NCBI GenBank assembly: GCA_031835245.2
Contig: JAVKOQ020000056.1
Location: 186,001-237,334, forward strand
Source of the DNA: Balamuthia mandrillaris
Lineage: Eukaryota
Length of the DNA: 51,334 nucleotides
Direction of reading: 5' to 3'
The notes beneath the pieces are model-generated. The model was not told the DNA's origin. It did not search any database and saw only the letters and a list, made by a program, of their open reading frames with translations. Shown in pieces: positions 22,761-36,303 of the stretch (position 1 is the stretch's first letter; each line of letters starts with the position of its first letter). The position numbers and the translations under genes are program-made.

Positions 22761-23538
22761 GTTCTTCGTCGTTAGCTCGTTTCTGTTCTGTTTGTTCGTT
22801 TTGTTCCCTTTTGTTCGGGGCGTTGCGCAGGAGCTCTTATTAATTAAGCGGTTGCCTCCCTAGGAGAAACGCACGACACTATGAAGACGCCAACGTATGT
22901 TATTGTCCCTTCTTCTTCTTCGTCTTCGTCTTCTTGTTCTTGTTCTTCTTCTTTTTCTTCTTGTTCTTCTTCTTGTTCTTCTTCTTCCTTCTTCTTCTGC
23001 TTTTGCTTCTTCTTCTCCCTCTTCTTTGTCTTTTCCTTCTCCTTCTCTGCTTTACTCGCCTGTTCTGGTGTTTATTGCCTGCTCCTTTCTCTTCCTCCTT
23101 ATTTTTCTGTCTCTCCGTCTCGCTCGCTCACTCACTCACTCACTCACTCACTCTCTCTCTCTCTCTCTCTCTTCTCTGATGGCTGGGGTGCCTATTTCCC
23201 CGTAAGCATCCATCAGCCAGCGTCTTGATGGCGGCGCATTCTCACGTGAAATTTTGTAGTTTTAAAATGAGATTTTAGCGCAGCACCCAATGAGAAGCTA
23301 ACGTTACACGGCGAAGTTTCAGCAGAATGAACAACAAGCGAATGAGACCCCTATTTTAGCCTATGGATATGAACTTCGAGGAGGAGGAACCACTTACAAA
23401 AAAACACCTTCCATCTTTGGTGCTGCCCCTTCAACTATAAATATCTTCTTAAAGCAGAGTAGCTCAAAACACCAAAAAACAACAAAACAACTTCAAAGCA
23501 ACAACAACAAACAACTTTCAACGTTACGCACGACAATC

Positions 23539-24630
23539 ATGAGAGGCAACCAGCTTAAGCTCGCGTTGGTCGTCTTGTTGGTGGCTGCTTTTGCTTCTGC
23601 AGCCCTCAGCACCAAGTCGCCAACTAAGAGGAACTACAACGGCGGCAACGTCTATGACGGCGGCAACATCTATGACGGTTATGATGGTGGAAACGTCTAC
23701 GATGGAGGCAACATCTATGATGGTGGCAACATTCGCTACGATGGTGGCAACGTCTATGACGGCGGAAACATTCGCTATGACGGCGGAAACATTGGTTACG
23801 ATGGTGGCAACGTCTATGACGGTGGCAATGTCTACAATGGCGGCAACACTGGATATGATGGTAGCAACGTTTATGACGGTGGCAACGTCTATGATGGTGG
23901 TAACATCGGCTATGACGGAGGAAACATTCGCTATGACGGCGGAAACATTGGTTACGATGGTGGCAACGTCTATGACGGATATGATGGTGGCAATGTCTAC
24001 AATGGTGGCAACATCGGCTATGACGGAGGAAACATCTATGATGATGGCTACGATGGCGTCAACATCTATGATGGTGGTAACATCTACGACGGTGGCAATG
24101 TCTACAACGGCGGCAACAACTATGATGGATATGATGGTGGCAACGTCTACGATGGCGGAAATGTCTATGACGGAGGAAACATCTATGATGATGGATATGA
24201 CGGTGGCAACATTGGATATGATGGCGGCAATATCTACGACGGTTATGACGGTGGCAACATTGGATATGATGGCGGCAACGTCTATGACGGATATGATGGT
24301 GGAAACGTCTACGATGGAGGGAATGTCTATGACGGAGGAGATATTGGCTATGATGGTGGTAACATTGGTGACGGCAAGGATGGAGGAGACGTTGACGGTG
24401 GAAAACACCATGATGGCAATGGCGGCAACATTGGTGATGGCAAAGACGGAGGTGATGTAGACGATGGCAAACATCACGATGGCGACGGCGGCAATATTGG
24501 TGATGGCCACGATGGAGGAGATGTGGACGATGGCAAACATCACGATGGAGAAGACTCCAAAGAAAGCTCTGATGATAACCATGGCGATCACAGCTCTGCT
24601 CGCACTATGCGCCCTTTTTGCTTCTTCTAA
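23539..24630 (+). CDS. Secreted Gly/Asp/Tyr/Asn tandem-repeat protein (GGN[VI]YD / GGNIGYD)
   Basis: Signal peptide (LKLALVVLLVAAFASAA), KR site, then dozens of 6-7 aa repeats with synonymous codon variation. TATAAATA lies at about 23436. Confidence 0.85.
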   Translation: MRGNQLKLALVVLLVAAFASAALSTKSPTKRNYNGGNVYDGGNIYDGYDGGNVYDGGNIYDGGNIRYDGGNVYDGGNIRYDGGNIGYDGGNVYDGGNVYNGGNTGYDGSNVYDGGNVYDGGNIGYDGGNIRYDGGNIGYDGGNVYDGYDGGNVYNGGNIGYDGGNIYDDGYDGVNIYDGGNIYDGGNVYNGGNNYDGYDGGNVYDGGNVYDGGNIYDDGYDGGNIGYDGGNIYDGYDGGNIGYDGGNVYDGYDGGNVYDGGNVYDGGDIGYDGGNIGDGKDGGDVDGGKHHDGNGGNIGDGKDGGDVDDGKHHDGDGGNIGDGHDGGDVDDGKHHDGEDSKESSDDNHGDHSSARTMRPFCFF

Positions 24631-25045
24631 ACCAAGCAAAAAGCCGCCCATTCCCTCTTTTTACCTTCGTTGTCCATTGATCTTAGCGCCGCCGTACCTT
24701 TACCCTTGTTTTGATAATCTTTAATTATCAATGTTTGATTTTCTATTGGCCAGTAAATATACTTTTTTTGATTTCTAATTTGCACCCATGACATGATTTC
24801 CCGCCAAAAGATAGCGAGGCTTTTAGGTTGTATTGCGAAAGAAAAAGCAAAGGAAGACTGGAGGTGCTGCTACGTGCAAACTACCGCTTGTTTTCTTATT
24901 CCAAGTTAGCAGCAACGACATGACGCCCGGGCGCTACATTTTTTACCCACTTTTGTTTTTCTTTTGTTTGGCGAAGGAAAAAGTGTAGCAAGAAAGTAGC
25001 GCAGTTTCTTTTCTGGCAGAACGATCGAGGAAGACACAGAAACGA

Positions 25046-28000
25046 ATGGAAGAGGTCAGAGGAGAACGAGTCAATGACAAAGGAGTGATTGATGGTATGG
25101 AGGGGGAGGTGGAGGTGAAAAAAGAAGAGGAGGAGCTAGCGATAGGCGTAGGCGAAACGGTTTTCGGTCAAGACAAAGAGAACATAGAGGATGAGAAACA
25201 ACAACCAACAACAGTTCTGACAACACCAAACGAAAGAGAGACGCTAGAGGAAATCAAAGCTGCTGATGCTACTACTCTTACCAACGACCCCAACAGAAAG
25301 CCAGGTTTGATTTCCTTCCCCGCTCTCACTCATTGCTTGGTATTAATCGATCTTTCTCAGCCCTGTTAAAACCTGTTTCTATCGCACTGCAAAGACTACG
25401 GAAACGACTACCTCAAGGTGGACCTCCAACCTTGCCAACCCAACTTCAAAACCAGGTACCTTTCTCTCCAGCTTTGTGTTGGCCTTCGCTGTCCTCTGAT
25501 GTGTTTACGTTATCCCACCACAGCATTCTCCCTTGTTCCCTTCTTCTATCTGTTCGCAAGCTCCTTCTTCGTCTCCATCTCTCAGCTTTGTACCCTCAGA
25601 ACATGCGCCTTCATTACTTGGTGATGTCCCAAACACTGCCAACCAGATTCAAGATAAAACCGTGCGTTTCCACTGCTTTCTCTTTTCGTTCCAATTATCT
25701 CTACTATCACTTCTTATCGCTCGGATCAAGATAATTATTTACTACCTTCTTGATATGCTCTTGCTTCTCTTCCCACTCTCTCAGTTTTTTGTTTATCCTA
25801 ATTTTGTTTACAGGCAGGTGATTCGATAGTCGTCCAACACAAGAGAGGTGATGGCCGTGCTACAGAATCGACTGTTGTTGAACAACCAAAGCGAAGCAGT
25901 TCTTGGGTGCACGTGTTGCCTTCCCATCCTTCGTTCGAGTTTTGTTCCTTGAATTTTGCCAAAGTACAAAACGAACTACTTGCATTGAGCAAAGAGAACC
26001 AAGAGCTCAAGGTGAATACACAACCCTATTGCTTCTTTCCCCCTCTGCTCACATAGCACACAAATAGGACAAGTTACGTACAAAGAAAGAAACTACCAAA
26101 GAACTCAAGAGCAAGTTGCACTCCCGACGGAAAAACAAAGGAGAAAAAGGCGCAGATGATGCCTCTAGCCCCTTGACTCTAGAGCTTAAAGCTCAAAGAA
26201 AACGAGAAAAGCGCTTGCTGCTGGAAGAACAGCAACGTAAAATTATGGAAGCCAAAGAAGAAATACGCATGGTAAGCAAAGAGAGAAGAACAATGAGCAA
26301 TAAGACAGAAAATAAGAAGTTGGAGTGCAAATACAGCAAGACTAATTATTTTTGTGATATTCACCCAAGTTGCAACAACTTGTGCGGCAGGAAAAGGATG
26401 CGAAGTTCCAACTGGAAGAGGAGCTCCAAGAAGCGCAGATTAGAGCTTCGTCTAGAAGCGAGTATATAGAGTTTTTAAAGGTACTCATTCATTTGTTTTA
26501 TTTTCTTTCTTCTTGCTACAATGTTGAACGAATAAACTTGACAGAGCTCCCAACTGGCAATGGAAGAGAGGTTGGAACAAGCAGAAACGCGATTGAAGGA
26601 GGCGACCACAAAGCTGATTACTAACGAAGCTTTGGTAGAGAAGTTTGAACAGAACTTTGCCCAAGTTGAGAAACAACTGAATGAAGCCCGACTTGTTTAT
26701 GAATGTGAACAAAAATCAGGTTTACTTCCTTGCTGTTTCCTCTCTTTTGTAGTTCTTACTTCTTATTTGTTTTTTCGTTATTCGCCAGTGGCCCATTTGA
26801 AAGACACCCATGCAAAAATGTTGCACACTTATCAAACGAGTCAAGGTTGGATAAAAAACTGCCCGTTCTTTCTTCTATCTCATAATCTCACCATAACGCC
26901 TCTTCTCTCTCTCTCTCTCTCTATCTGTTCTCTCTCTCTTTGTTGTGCATTTTCCATTATAAGGCAAAGTTAAAGTTATGAGAAAGGCCCTCAAAGGTTG
27001 GAAAGGGGAAGAACGACGACTAAGAAGTCGTGTTCTGTTGTTGGAAGCTGAACTAAAAGACGCTCAATCGCTCCACACTATAAAAGATAAAGAGTTAGAA
27101 TCAGTATGTCTTTGCATTCTTGCTCTCCTTTTTCTGCTTCTTATAAGCTTTTCTTAACGAACATCCACAGAGACAAGCTGCGTTTGAATATCAACAGAAC
27201 ACAAGTAAGCGCATTCAATCCGAAAAAGAGCTTTTGTTGACACGCTACGAGGAATCGCAAGGATTGTTACGCAAAGCAATGGAAGCTATCTCCAACCAAG
27301 AACATAAGGTAGAAGAGCTAAGAAAACGGGAAGAAGAGCATCAAAAGGTTCAACAAGAGGTTCGTTTTTGTTGTTGCTTGTTACTTTTCAGTCCATCTCA
27401 TTTCTTGCTCAATAAAATAACTTAGCTGCACGAAATCAAAGTGGAAAACATTAAGTTGAAAACGGAACTAGTGGAATCCAAGCAAACATACGAACTGAAG
27501 TTGATCTCCTTCCAAAGAGAAGCAAATAGCACCAAAGACGATTTGGAGGCCGAAAATACAAGCCTCCAATCTTCCATTCGCAAATATCGAGAGAGGTATC
27601 TTCTTTCTCTCTCCCTTCATTACTTTATTTTTCAGCGTTCTTCTCTGTTCTTACCATATCCTCCTCGTTGTTATGTTTGAAAGTTTAATCGAAGTGGAAA
27701 CAGAATTGGAAACAGAGAAACAACAAACTAAAAGGCTAAGAGGACAATTGACCGCCTTGGAAGCTTTAAAACAACAACTTAGAGCCAGAGTGAAAGAACT
27801 GGAAGAAGAGAAATTCAAACCAACACAAGTCGCTCTCTCTTGCCCTTCTTCCTCTTCTTCTATTTCTTCGTCATTTTCGCAACTATCAATCACATCCACG
27901 ACACCAATGCCAAGTTTGGATAGAAGCGAGCGAGAGTCAAGACAAGAACAAATGAGCATGACTGCGAAGACGATGACAGTCAATTCTATACCAACTCCAT

Positions 28001-28545
28001 CTATATCGACCGTTCCATCCATCACGTTCACGCGCAAAGAAAGCAACTCGCTTCTCCCTTGGAGAAACGATACTTCTCCTTCTTCTTTCTCCTCCTCCTC
28101 CTCTTCGGATGAAAAACCGCAAGATGAGCATCAACAGCAGCACCAAAAGCGGAAAAATTCAGACAATTACGATGAATTCGTCAAACGAAAACGAACAGAT
28201 GTTCTCGTATTCGATATAGTTGATGCTGAAGAAGGCGCTGTTGATGTTGCTACGACCAATAAGGCAGACCGTTGTTCAAAAGATACCGTGATTGACTTGC
28301 ACGCAAACGCCGAAGAAGCAGAAAAACAGAAAGACGACATGTCGACAGAACAACATATAAGACAAGAACGTGAGAGAAAACTATTTAAATGGAAACAGGA
28401 ACAAAGAAAACGACAGGAACAGCTTCTCTCCGCCAAACAATACTCCGCCTATGAACGCAGGAGGCAGGACGAACAACGCAGAGAAAAACAGAAACAAACT
28501 GAAGAGGAAGCTGTGCTTGGCGAAGGTTTCTGTGGACGAAAATAG
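25046..28545 (+). CDS. Large coiled-coil protein, multi-exon
   Basis: Successive E/K/Q/L-rich exons separated by T-rich GT-AG introns. No catalytic motif seen. Confidence 0.65.
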
Positions 28546-29477
28546 CGTTAGAAAGAGGTCAGGATAACGAGGGGGAAAACAGGAAAAAGCTTCGAAGTTT
28601 GTTATTTTTTTTAAATTTTTTTAAATGACAGGGAAATAGTCAAAAATAGTAGAAGCGGAACAGCTGAGCTCTTTTCTCTCCTAAAGTTGGGTTGGGTTGT
28701 TTTTACCTTTTCACAATTAAAACTATTTCACAGTTTATCCATAAGATGACGCTGTGAGACGGGTTAATCTCTCTTTGGACTTTTGGTGCGCGTGGATTCA
28801 CCAGAAAGCCCAGGCGCGATTGGTGGCACCACAAGCGAGTTTTCAAATGACCATTTACCTCAACAACCAATCAGGGCAGATGGCCGGGAGGATCACTCCG
28901 CTTGATGGACAATCTGAAGATGGGGGAGGATCAGCGCGCTCCTGTCCATGCTCCTATCCATGGCCCGTCGCCGGCCGCTGGAGGGATCAGCCGAAAATTA
29001 GCGGCAAGATTATGGAAATTCGAAACCAAAACGGGAAATATTCCCCTTGACGAGCCACCGCATCTGCTGTCAACAACCAATCAGCGGGTTATCTTTAAAT
29101 AGCGGCTTGGCGTTTTGCTTTTTCTCTGTTTCCCCTTCACTTGCGAATCACACCAACCACCAAAACCCACCACCTTTTTTTTTTTGTGAAGGCTCCCCAT
29201 TACAAAAAACGCACAGGCAGGCTGACCCCAAGTGAACAAACCAGAACCTCAAGCTGTTCTTTTCGCACGAACAAAGCAGCACCACACACTCATTGTTTTT
29301 TTGTTTTATTTAATTTATTTTCCCAAAACTGGATCGAATAACACGGCCAAAAGCGTGACCTCTCGTGACCACTTTTTTCAACAAACAGGTATGTCCATTG
29401 AGCTTCCTCTCCCTCTTCATGTTGTTTTTTCCATGTTGGCTCACTTTTTTTGTGTCTCTCCCAACCAAGAGTTTTAA

Positions 29478-29913
29478 ATGGAGACCTCCATGTTCGCCAC
29501 CACGCCCGTTTTGTCCGGTCTGATGTGGGAGCAACCTCCATTGACCGCCCAACCGGAGCCCACCCACATCACTCTCTGCCCTTTTGCTCAGAAGAAACTC
29601 ACGCAGGAAGACGTCGACCAGGCAGTCGCCACCATCAAGGTTTGTTTTTTTTTTCTAGTTTTGTCCGTCCGTTGTTTTCCTTTTTCTCGTTTTCCTGTTG
29701 AAATGTCAAACAAAAAAGACTCACACAACAAAAAATAAACAGTCATTTGAGTTCCCTCCATTAAGTTGCGACTGCAGCAACAAGAACGCAGAGTACAGAG
29801 GCTTCCTCGTCATCAACTACAAGCCGGTCTACTGGAATACCGATCGACAGTTTTCCAGGATCCATCTCAGCACTGAGAAGCAGCCAAGGTTTCCTTTCCT
29901 CTCCAAGGAGTGA
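29478..29913 (+). CDS. Small hypothetical protein, two coding exons
   Basis: METSMF...VATIK|SFEFPPL...FLSKE*, joined by an in-frame GT-AG intron at about 29640-29742. Confidence 0.5.
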
Positions 29914-30110
29914 AGCACTGCGGGGGAAAAAAAGTGAAATAGTTTCAGTTTTTTTTTTCTAAAAGCAAACGCTCATTCTGAAATGAGGAAGGAAAGAGAG
30001 CTCTCGGTCTAAGTTGTGTATAACTCTCTGTTCATATTGTAACAAACAAAACAATAATAACAACAATAACATTGAAACTTACAAAGCTCACGTTCTTTCT
30101 TCTGTTGGTT

Positions 30111-31888
30111 TTAGTCGCGGTATTCATCCCCACAATCACCAGCTAACGTGTTTCCTTGGCTCAAAACGGAGTTGATCTTTTGGTGGTCTTTTTCGTCGAG
30201 CTCAAAGGAGAAGATCTTTTGGTTTTCCGCTCTGTGTTGTGAAAGGCTCAAGCGGGTTCCGATTATAATACCTCCAACCTTTATGAGAACGACCAGGATG
30301 AGAATAAGTTCGATGAAGAGAAGCAACAAGAGAATGGTAAACAGAAGAGAGAGGAGGCGGGAAGAACTTCCTAAAAAATTCGTACCATAGGCTTATCCAA
30401 GACCCACCTCGCAGCGACATTGCTGATGCTAACTTCATGCTTATCCGCCACTTCCTTCAACACGCTCAACAGTTGACTGAAAAGAAATGGCAAGGAATGC
30501 AGCGCACCAAAAAATGTCCCGGAGATCCCCTGCTGCTTATACCAAGGAAAAGTAGTGTCCACGAGGACCACCACCAAACCGAACCATTGCGCGTTGGTCA
30601 GTTGTTGAAACAGAGTCCATCCGCCCCACTCATCGATGAATCGTTTGTACTTTCGCAAAGAGATGGTGTTGAGCTCTCTCTTGGATGTGGGCTCCGAAGA
30701 AACGTTCACATACTTTTCGGAGAGAAAACCTCCCAACAGAGTTCCGTAACACAAAAGTTTAATGTTGTGTTGTTGGCAGAAAGGTATCATCTTCTGTTCC
30801 GGCCGCGTGTCGATGAGAGAGAAAGAGACTTGGTTGGAGACAATTGGAATGGACGAGTTTACGATCTTTGCCATGTGTTCCGTGTCAAAGTTGGTTAGCT
30901 GATACAGGAGGATAGAAATGAGAACATAGCATCACAACAAGTAAGGCTAGAAGGGAAGGAGAGGAACAATGTGAGTGATATGCATTACCCCGAGGAAACG
31001 TATCTTGCCTTCGTGTTGAAGGTCCTTGAGGTGCTTAATAGCGTCGAGATACCGTTCGTCGTCATAGTCTATTTTTAACGCAAAGTGGAGCAAAAGGAGT
31101 CAACGCCAACCGGGAGAGAAGCAGCTTTGAACGTATGCACGAGAGAAGAGAAGAGAAGAGAATGATGAAGAGAAGAGAAAGACTAACCCCACCAATGGAA
31201 TTGCAACAAATCCAACTGAGTCGCTGCACAAAATTACCGTTAGCAGGAAACGTGAACTAGGATAACAAGGACGTGCGGAGAAAGAAAGAAAGAAACTATA
31301 GAAGAATGAAGAAGAATGAAGAACGAAGAAAAGAAGATAGCAGAAAGAGAAGAAAGAAAACGAAGAAAACGAAGAAAGAAGGAAGGGAGGAAGGAACAAG
31401 AGATTGTACAAAAGACCAACTTTTCATTCGTTCGAGAGCATTGTTAATGTTCTCTTCAACCACTTGCCTGGTCATGGGTCCTGGTCGTGGCACCCACTTG
31501 CTGTTTTTAAATTGGTTAGAGCGTTAGGTATTTTATTTTATTTTTGTACGTGAAGCACAAAGGAACGCATACGTGAACATCTCAACGGGCTGATCTGGAT
31601 AACGCTCGACAAAAGCTCCCATCAGATCTTCAGCGGGGCCATAAATATCCGCTCCATCAAAAGTGGTATACCCTTCTTTCGCATACTCTCTCATCTGGTG
31701 TTTTTTTCCGTTGGTGAGTGAGAAACAAAGGAAGAACGCCCGAAGAAGTATACCTCGCTTAACGCTTTGCTCAAGTCGATCTTACCATGTCCGCCAGAAA
31801 CTTGCCACAAGCCATTAAGCACCGGACAAATGGTAAAGTCTCCGCAAAGGCTTCTGCGCACCATGCTAGTTGGTGTGTTCAGCATCAT
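30111..31888 (-). CDS. Aldo-keto reductase, multi-exon
   Basis: GLWQVSGGHG, TFDGADIYGPAE, DLLQFHW, GKIRFLG, NFDTEH, SNQVSFSLID, YGTLLGGFLS and GDCGDEYR. Confidence 0.92.
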
Positions 31889-32154
31889 CTTGCTCCCTTC
31901 CCTTCCTTTGGCGGCCTCGATAGGCAAACGGCTTTCTAATCACGTCGTCACAGCTGAATGGGTCCCTCCTTGTCGACGTTTTATATGGAGGAAGGCCCTT
32001 GCTTCCCACAAAACTCCTACCAAAGGGGTTGCTCCCCAGCAGGTGGAACTAGAGCCCTCGGTGTGAGGAACAAAAAGGAAAACACACAGCGTAGAATACT
32101 ACACTATAACCGGTAGCCTTGTTCAACAAAACTTGGAACCAACGATATATCTAT

Positions 32155-33465
32155 CTACACTTGCACTTGAATCTTCAAGGCATAACCATACAACCGGTTC
32201 CTTCTGCCTCGTTCGATGTTCTTCTGCATCAGATCGTCGAACTCCTCTGCATTTTTTATCCGCACCAAGTCCTTCTCTTCATCTTCATACCGAACCGAAA
32301 GCTCCGATGCCGAAAGCCCCAACTGCACCGCCAGCAGCTGCTTCAGCTCTCCAAACGAGATATCTTCTTGTACACGAATCATAGCGATGTCCTCCTTTTC
32401 GGATGCTGTGCAGTTGATGCACTTGATAGCGACTTTGTTCTTCATCAGTTCCTCGCACAATCCCAAAAGCTCGGCAGTGTATTCTTCGTTGGCTAAAGGG
32501 GCTCGCGGAGAAAGGCAAGAGGAGGTCCTAGGAGAAAAACAAGAAGAGGAACAGACGGAGGAGATATCACTGTTGCTTCCCTCGGAAGAACCTCCTTCCT
32601 GAGGATGTTGGTGAGGCGCGAAGGCATTATCCCCTTTAAGTTGCTTCAGCGCTCTCAAGAACCGCTTCTTGTGTCCAATGGCCTTTATACCCACAGCGTT
32701 TAGCATCCGCTCGGTATTGTTGTCACTCTTTCCACTATCATTTTCGTCAAAGCCAAGCAACTCCGCCCCAGAGATGCTTAGAGCTCGAAAGTTCTCAGCA
32801 TAGCGAGAGAGGTCCAAGTACTGCAACCACAGTTGAACGTCTGCTACCATCCAATCGGTAGGCAATTTGTGCGTGAGGTTCACAAACTCTGGTTGGCATA
32901 GCATTTCTTTCCTGCCGCTTCCTTTCTCAAGTTTGACGATTTGAGAGGAAGGCGAGGGAGAGCCCAGCTCCTCTCGGATAGAAGCGAGCCTTTGGCGAGC
33001 TTTTCTTTCGGAGCCTGCTTTCGGCACTTGCACTTCGCCAGGTTGCTCCAACCCTGAAATAGAACAAAGATTGAGAAGAGAAGTCACTTGGAAGAGTATG
33101 CCAGAGGAAAAACAAATGCGGTTTCTAGACACACACGCCGACTTACCGGAGTCAGGAAGGGCGTTCCGTAGAAAGCGGCTAGCTTTGTTCCTTTTTGCAT
33201 TGGTCCCGTCAGACGAAAAAGCTGTAACTGAAGTTTGTCCGTCTTGCCCTAGATGTTTCCCCATGGCAATAGCACACGGCACCTTGGTTTGCTTCCTGCG
33301 GATGAGCTTTTTCATTCTCTGCCTGTTAGCGTCTACTGACCAACGCCGAAAGACCTTCGGGTCTTGTCTCTTCCCTTCTTTCAGTTGAATAAAAAAGGAA
33401 GATCCTTTCTGGGGGATAATCTTCCGGCAGCGACTTAACAAAGTCTTCTTTTCAATGAATCTCAT
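32155..33465 (-). CDS. SAM-domain + PB1-domain protein
   Basis: SAM: WMVADVQLWLQYLDLSRYAENF...ISGAELL...GIKAIGHKKRFL. PB1 OPCA motif: SVRYEDEEKDLVRIKNAEEF. Start codon uncertain, and one probable in-frame intron. Confidence 0.8.
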   Translation of the reverse strand: MRFIEKKTLLSRCRKIIPQKGSSFFIQLKEGKRQDPKVFRRWSVDANRQRMKKLIRRKQTKVPCAIAMGKHLGQDGQTSVTAFSSDGTNAKRNKASRFLRNALPDSGKSACVSRNRICFSSGILFQVTSLLNLCSISGLEQPGEVQVPKAGSERKARQRLASIREELGSPSPSSQIVKLEKGSGRKEMLCQPEFVNLTHKLPTDWMVADVQLWLQYLDLSRYAENFRALSISGAELLGFDENDSGKSDNNTERMLNAVGIKAIGHKKRFLRALKQLKGDNAFAPHQHPQEGGSSEGSNSDISSVCSSSCFSPRTSSCLSPRAPLANEEYTAELLGLCEELMKNKVAIKCINCTASEKEDIAMIRVQEDISFGELKQLLAVQLGLSASELSVRYEDEEKDLVRIKNAEEFDDLMQKNIERGRRNRLYGYALKIQVQV

Positions 33466-33953
33466 TATCCAGGATCGGTGTAGCCTAGTTGCTCCGAGAT
33501 TAAACGGAAGAAATAAGCAGATTCCCGAAAGGACGCAGATCAATGCCCAAAAAAGTATGAACCTGACGTAACCAGCACACATCATGTCGACACGATGTAT
33601 GTCGGCGAAAATTTGTCGGGCGGAGCTGAAGTTGAGCACCATTTTCCCGCCACAATTCAAACAAACCACAACCAAAACATTATTTTAGAAAAATAACGCA
33701 CAAGCGAGAGATGGAAATGGAGCAAATGGTTTTGTTACCCTCTTCTCCTCTGCTCGTCTCCCTCCTCCTCTTCTTCTTCTTCTTCTTCCGTTTGTTTTTT
33801 TTTAAAGTTCTCTTCTATTAATGTTTTTTTTCTGCTCTGCTCGTTCCGGTTTTTTCTTGCTTGCAACATCTTCTTTTCTCTCTCTTTCTTCTTTCTTTTC
33901 TTGAAGTGGCCACCAACAAATTTGTATATCTGTAGGATCTGCCAGAGGCAAGC

Positions 33954-35673
33954 ATGGAGCTTCCTCCGACGCCAACCATCACCGCCACAACATCCAAACA
34001 GAGTTCTATACTTTCTTTCTTCATAAAATTGACACAAAAAAAGAGCAAGAAGCTAAGGAATGAGGGTAGCAATGAAACCGCAAGACAAGGCGAAGTGGAA
34101 GAAGGAAACAAGGACAACAGTGAAGAAGCAAGAACTGACAGAAAGAGAAAGCGAGAGAACACGAAATCGGCAGAAGAAGAAAGAGAACGGCCAGAAGGAA
34201 CGTCTACTTCTGCCTTCAAAACTATCGCCGACTTTTTCCTACCGCTTTCTTCTTCCTCTTCTTCTTCTTCTTTCCTTCAAGTACCTCCAACAACTTCGTT
34301 GAAAGCAAAGGAAGAAGCGGAAGTGGGGGACTCAACACATCAGTCTTCTCGTCGTCGTAGTCTTCGTATTCAAAACCGTAAAAGCTTTGAAGCAGCCACT
34401 CCTCCTCTTCCTTCTTCTGCTTCCTCCAACACAGGACGAAAGAAAACGACAAAGAAGACAACAAAACGAAGAAAGAAGGAAGAGAATAATGCCACCAAAA
34501 CTGCAACAAAAACAACAGCAAAGAAGAGAACCAGCACTAGCACGGCCAAGAAAAGAGCGGGAAGAAACCAAATGACAGAAGAACAAAAACAAAAGGCTGC
34601 TTTGGTGCGGCGCCAACAAAGAGAACAAGCAGCGTTGAAGAAGAAACGAGAACAGGAGGAAGCGATGCAGAGACGACTGAGAGAAAAGGAGGAACAGAGA
34701 AGCGGTGTTGCCATTTTTCCTTTCGTCTATTTGGGCAGCAAAGAGGCAGCAGCCAACTACGAATGGTTGAGAGCAAACGCTTGTCATCATGTTTTGAACG
34801 TCGCTTCCGAAGTTCCTAAATACTTTCATCAAAGGGTAACACGCTCCTTTTTTTTAACATATTATCTTTCTTTTACTCGTTTCTCTCTTCTGATGGTGAT
34901 GAATAAATACTACAGGAAGAAGAAGGGTTCTCGTGGACATATATGCACATAGAAGCGCAGGATAGCGAAGAACAAAAGTTGTTACCACACTTTGAAAGAG
35001 CTACCTACGTAAATACCAATACTCCTTTGCTTCTTCTTTCCCCTAAGCGTTGTGTAACTCATTCTATCTCTTTATCCCGTTTGAAGTTCATTCATGAAGC
35101 TGTGCAGAAAGAACAAAACGTCCTCGTGCATTGGTACTTATTTTCTCTTTACCATCATTCGCATTGCTGGTTCTAAACAAAACAAAAAAAATGAATGCCA
35201 CATTCACAACCCATTTAGTAATGCGGGTCTGAGTCGATCTGTGACTATATTGATAGCCTATGCCATGAAGTATGCACTTCTTCTTTTATCACTCATTTAA
35301 TTCCTCCGGAAACTAACTTCTTTTCCCAATAGACACTTGAACTTTAGCTTAAAGACCGCGTATGAACATGTAAAAGCTAAACGTCCTCGCCTCAATCCAA
35401 ACAACTGTTTGTTCTTCCCTTTTCTTCTTTGATGTTTCTGTCTCCTCTCTTGCTTTTTCTCTTTTGCTTATAGCGTTGCTCGCTCAACCTCAAACAGCGT
35501 TCAAGCAGCAGTTGATGCAGTTTGAGGAGATCGGTTTGGGTCTGAATCCTTCTCTGGACTTTTTCGCCCGAACGAAGCGTCTCTCGGCATGCTACGGCAA
35601 ACTCGTTGCAGCACAACCACTGGAAGAAGAAACCGAAGAGAAAGAAATGGTTGCGCTAGGGGGGTGGGACTGA
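33954..35673 (+). CDS. Dual-specificity protein phosphatase, multi-exon
   Basis: IFPFVYLGS, HVLNVA, DSEEQKLLPHF, spliced VLVHC|NAGLSRS (CX5R), IAYAMK and QPQTAFKQQL. Confidence 0.9.
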
Positions 35674-36097
35674 ACCGAGTACTTTAATAATATATATTTA
35701 AGGGGGCCTGCTCGGATCCGTGCAGGCTCCTCCGCCTTCCTCCTCCTCATGAGTGAAACATGGGTTTCCCTGCTAATGGTCCCACCGGCCAAAGAGGGCA
35801 AGGACAAGCATAAACTTGCAGAAGAAGCTGCTCGGCGACGCCGTTTTGATGCGGCTTGTTGTGCTCGCCTTCTTTCAAGTTTCTCTTGAGCTTCTTCTTG
35901 TCGCTGCTGTTCCCCTCGCAAGCGCCCTCACCCTCATCCTCACCCTCGCCCTTGCCCTCAAAGGAACAGTGCCAGCTCCAGAAAGAAAAACGACGGAAGC
36001 AGATGGCCAAGAGCCAAAGGCGTCATCGAGCTCAGCAACAAGAAAAGGAGGAACAAGAAGCCAAGACACGGCGAAAAAGGCAGCTCCAGAAAGAAAG

Positions 36098-36303
36098 AAA
36101 GTCATTAACCATGCTCCTATTTTTACAGTATATTCAAAAAGACCTGCAGAAAATACTTTTTGGCTCTCCCCAAGTATCTTCTGCAGGTCTTTTTGAAAGT
36201 GGTTTTTCAAATGCCCTGGATCGTGCACGATCTTCACCTCAGTAAGTCTGGCATCCAAAGGAAAGAAATATACTGCAAAAATAGGAGCATGGTTAATGAC
36301 TTT
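36098..36303. repeat. Nested inverted repeats (MITE-like or fold-back)
   Basis: 36098-36134 vs 36267-36303 (37 bp, 1 mismatch) enclosing 36133-36158 vs 36172-36197 (26 bp, 1 mismatch). Confidence 0.9.

Noticed and set aside
23524..24651. Long antisense and alternative-frame ORFs over the repeat gene
   Set aside because: By-products of repeat codons. Only the + frame has a signal peptide and conserved repeats.
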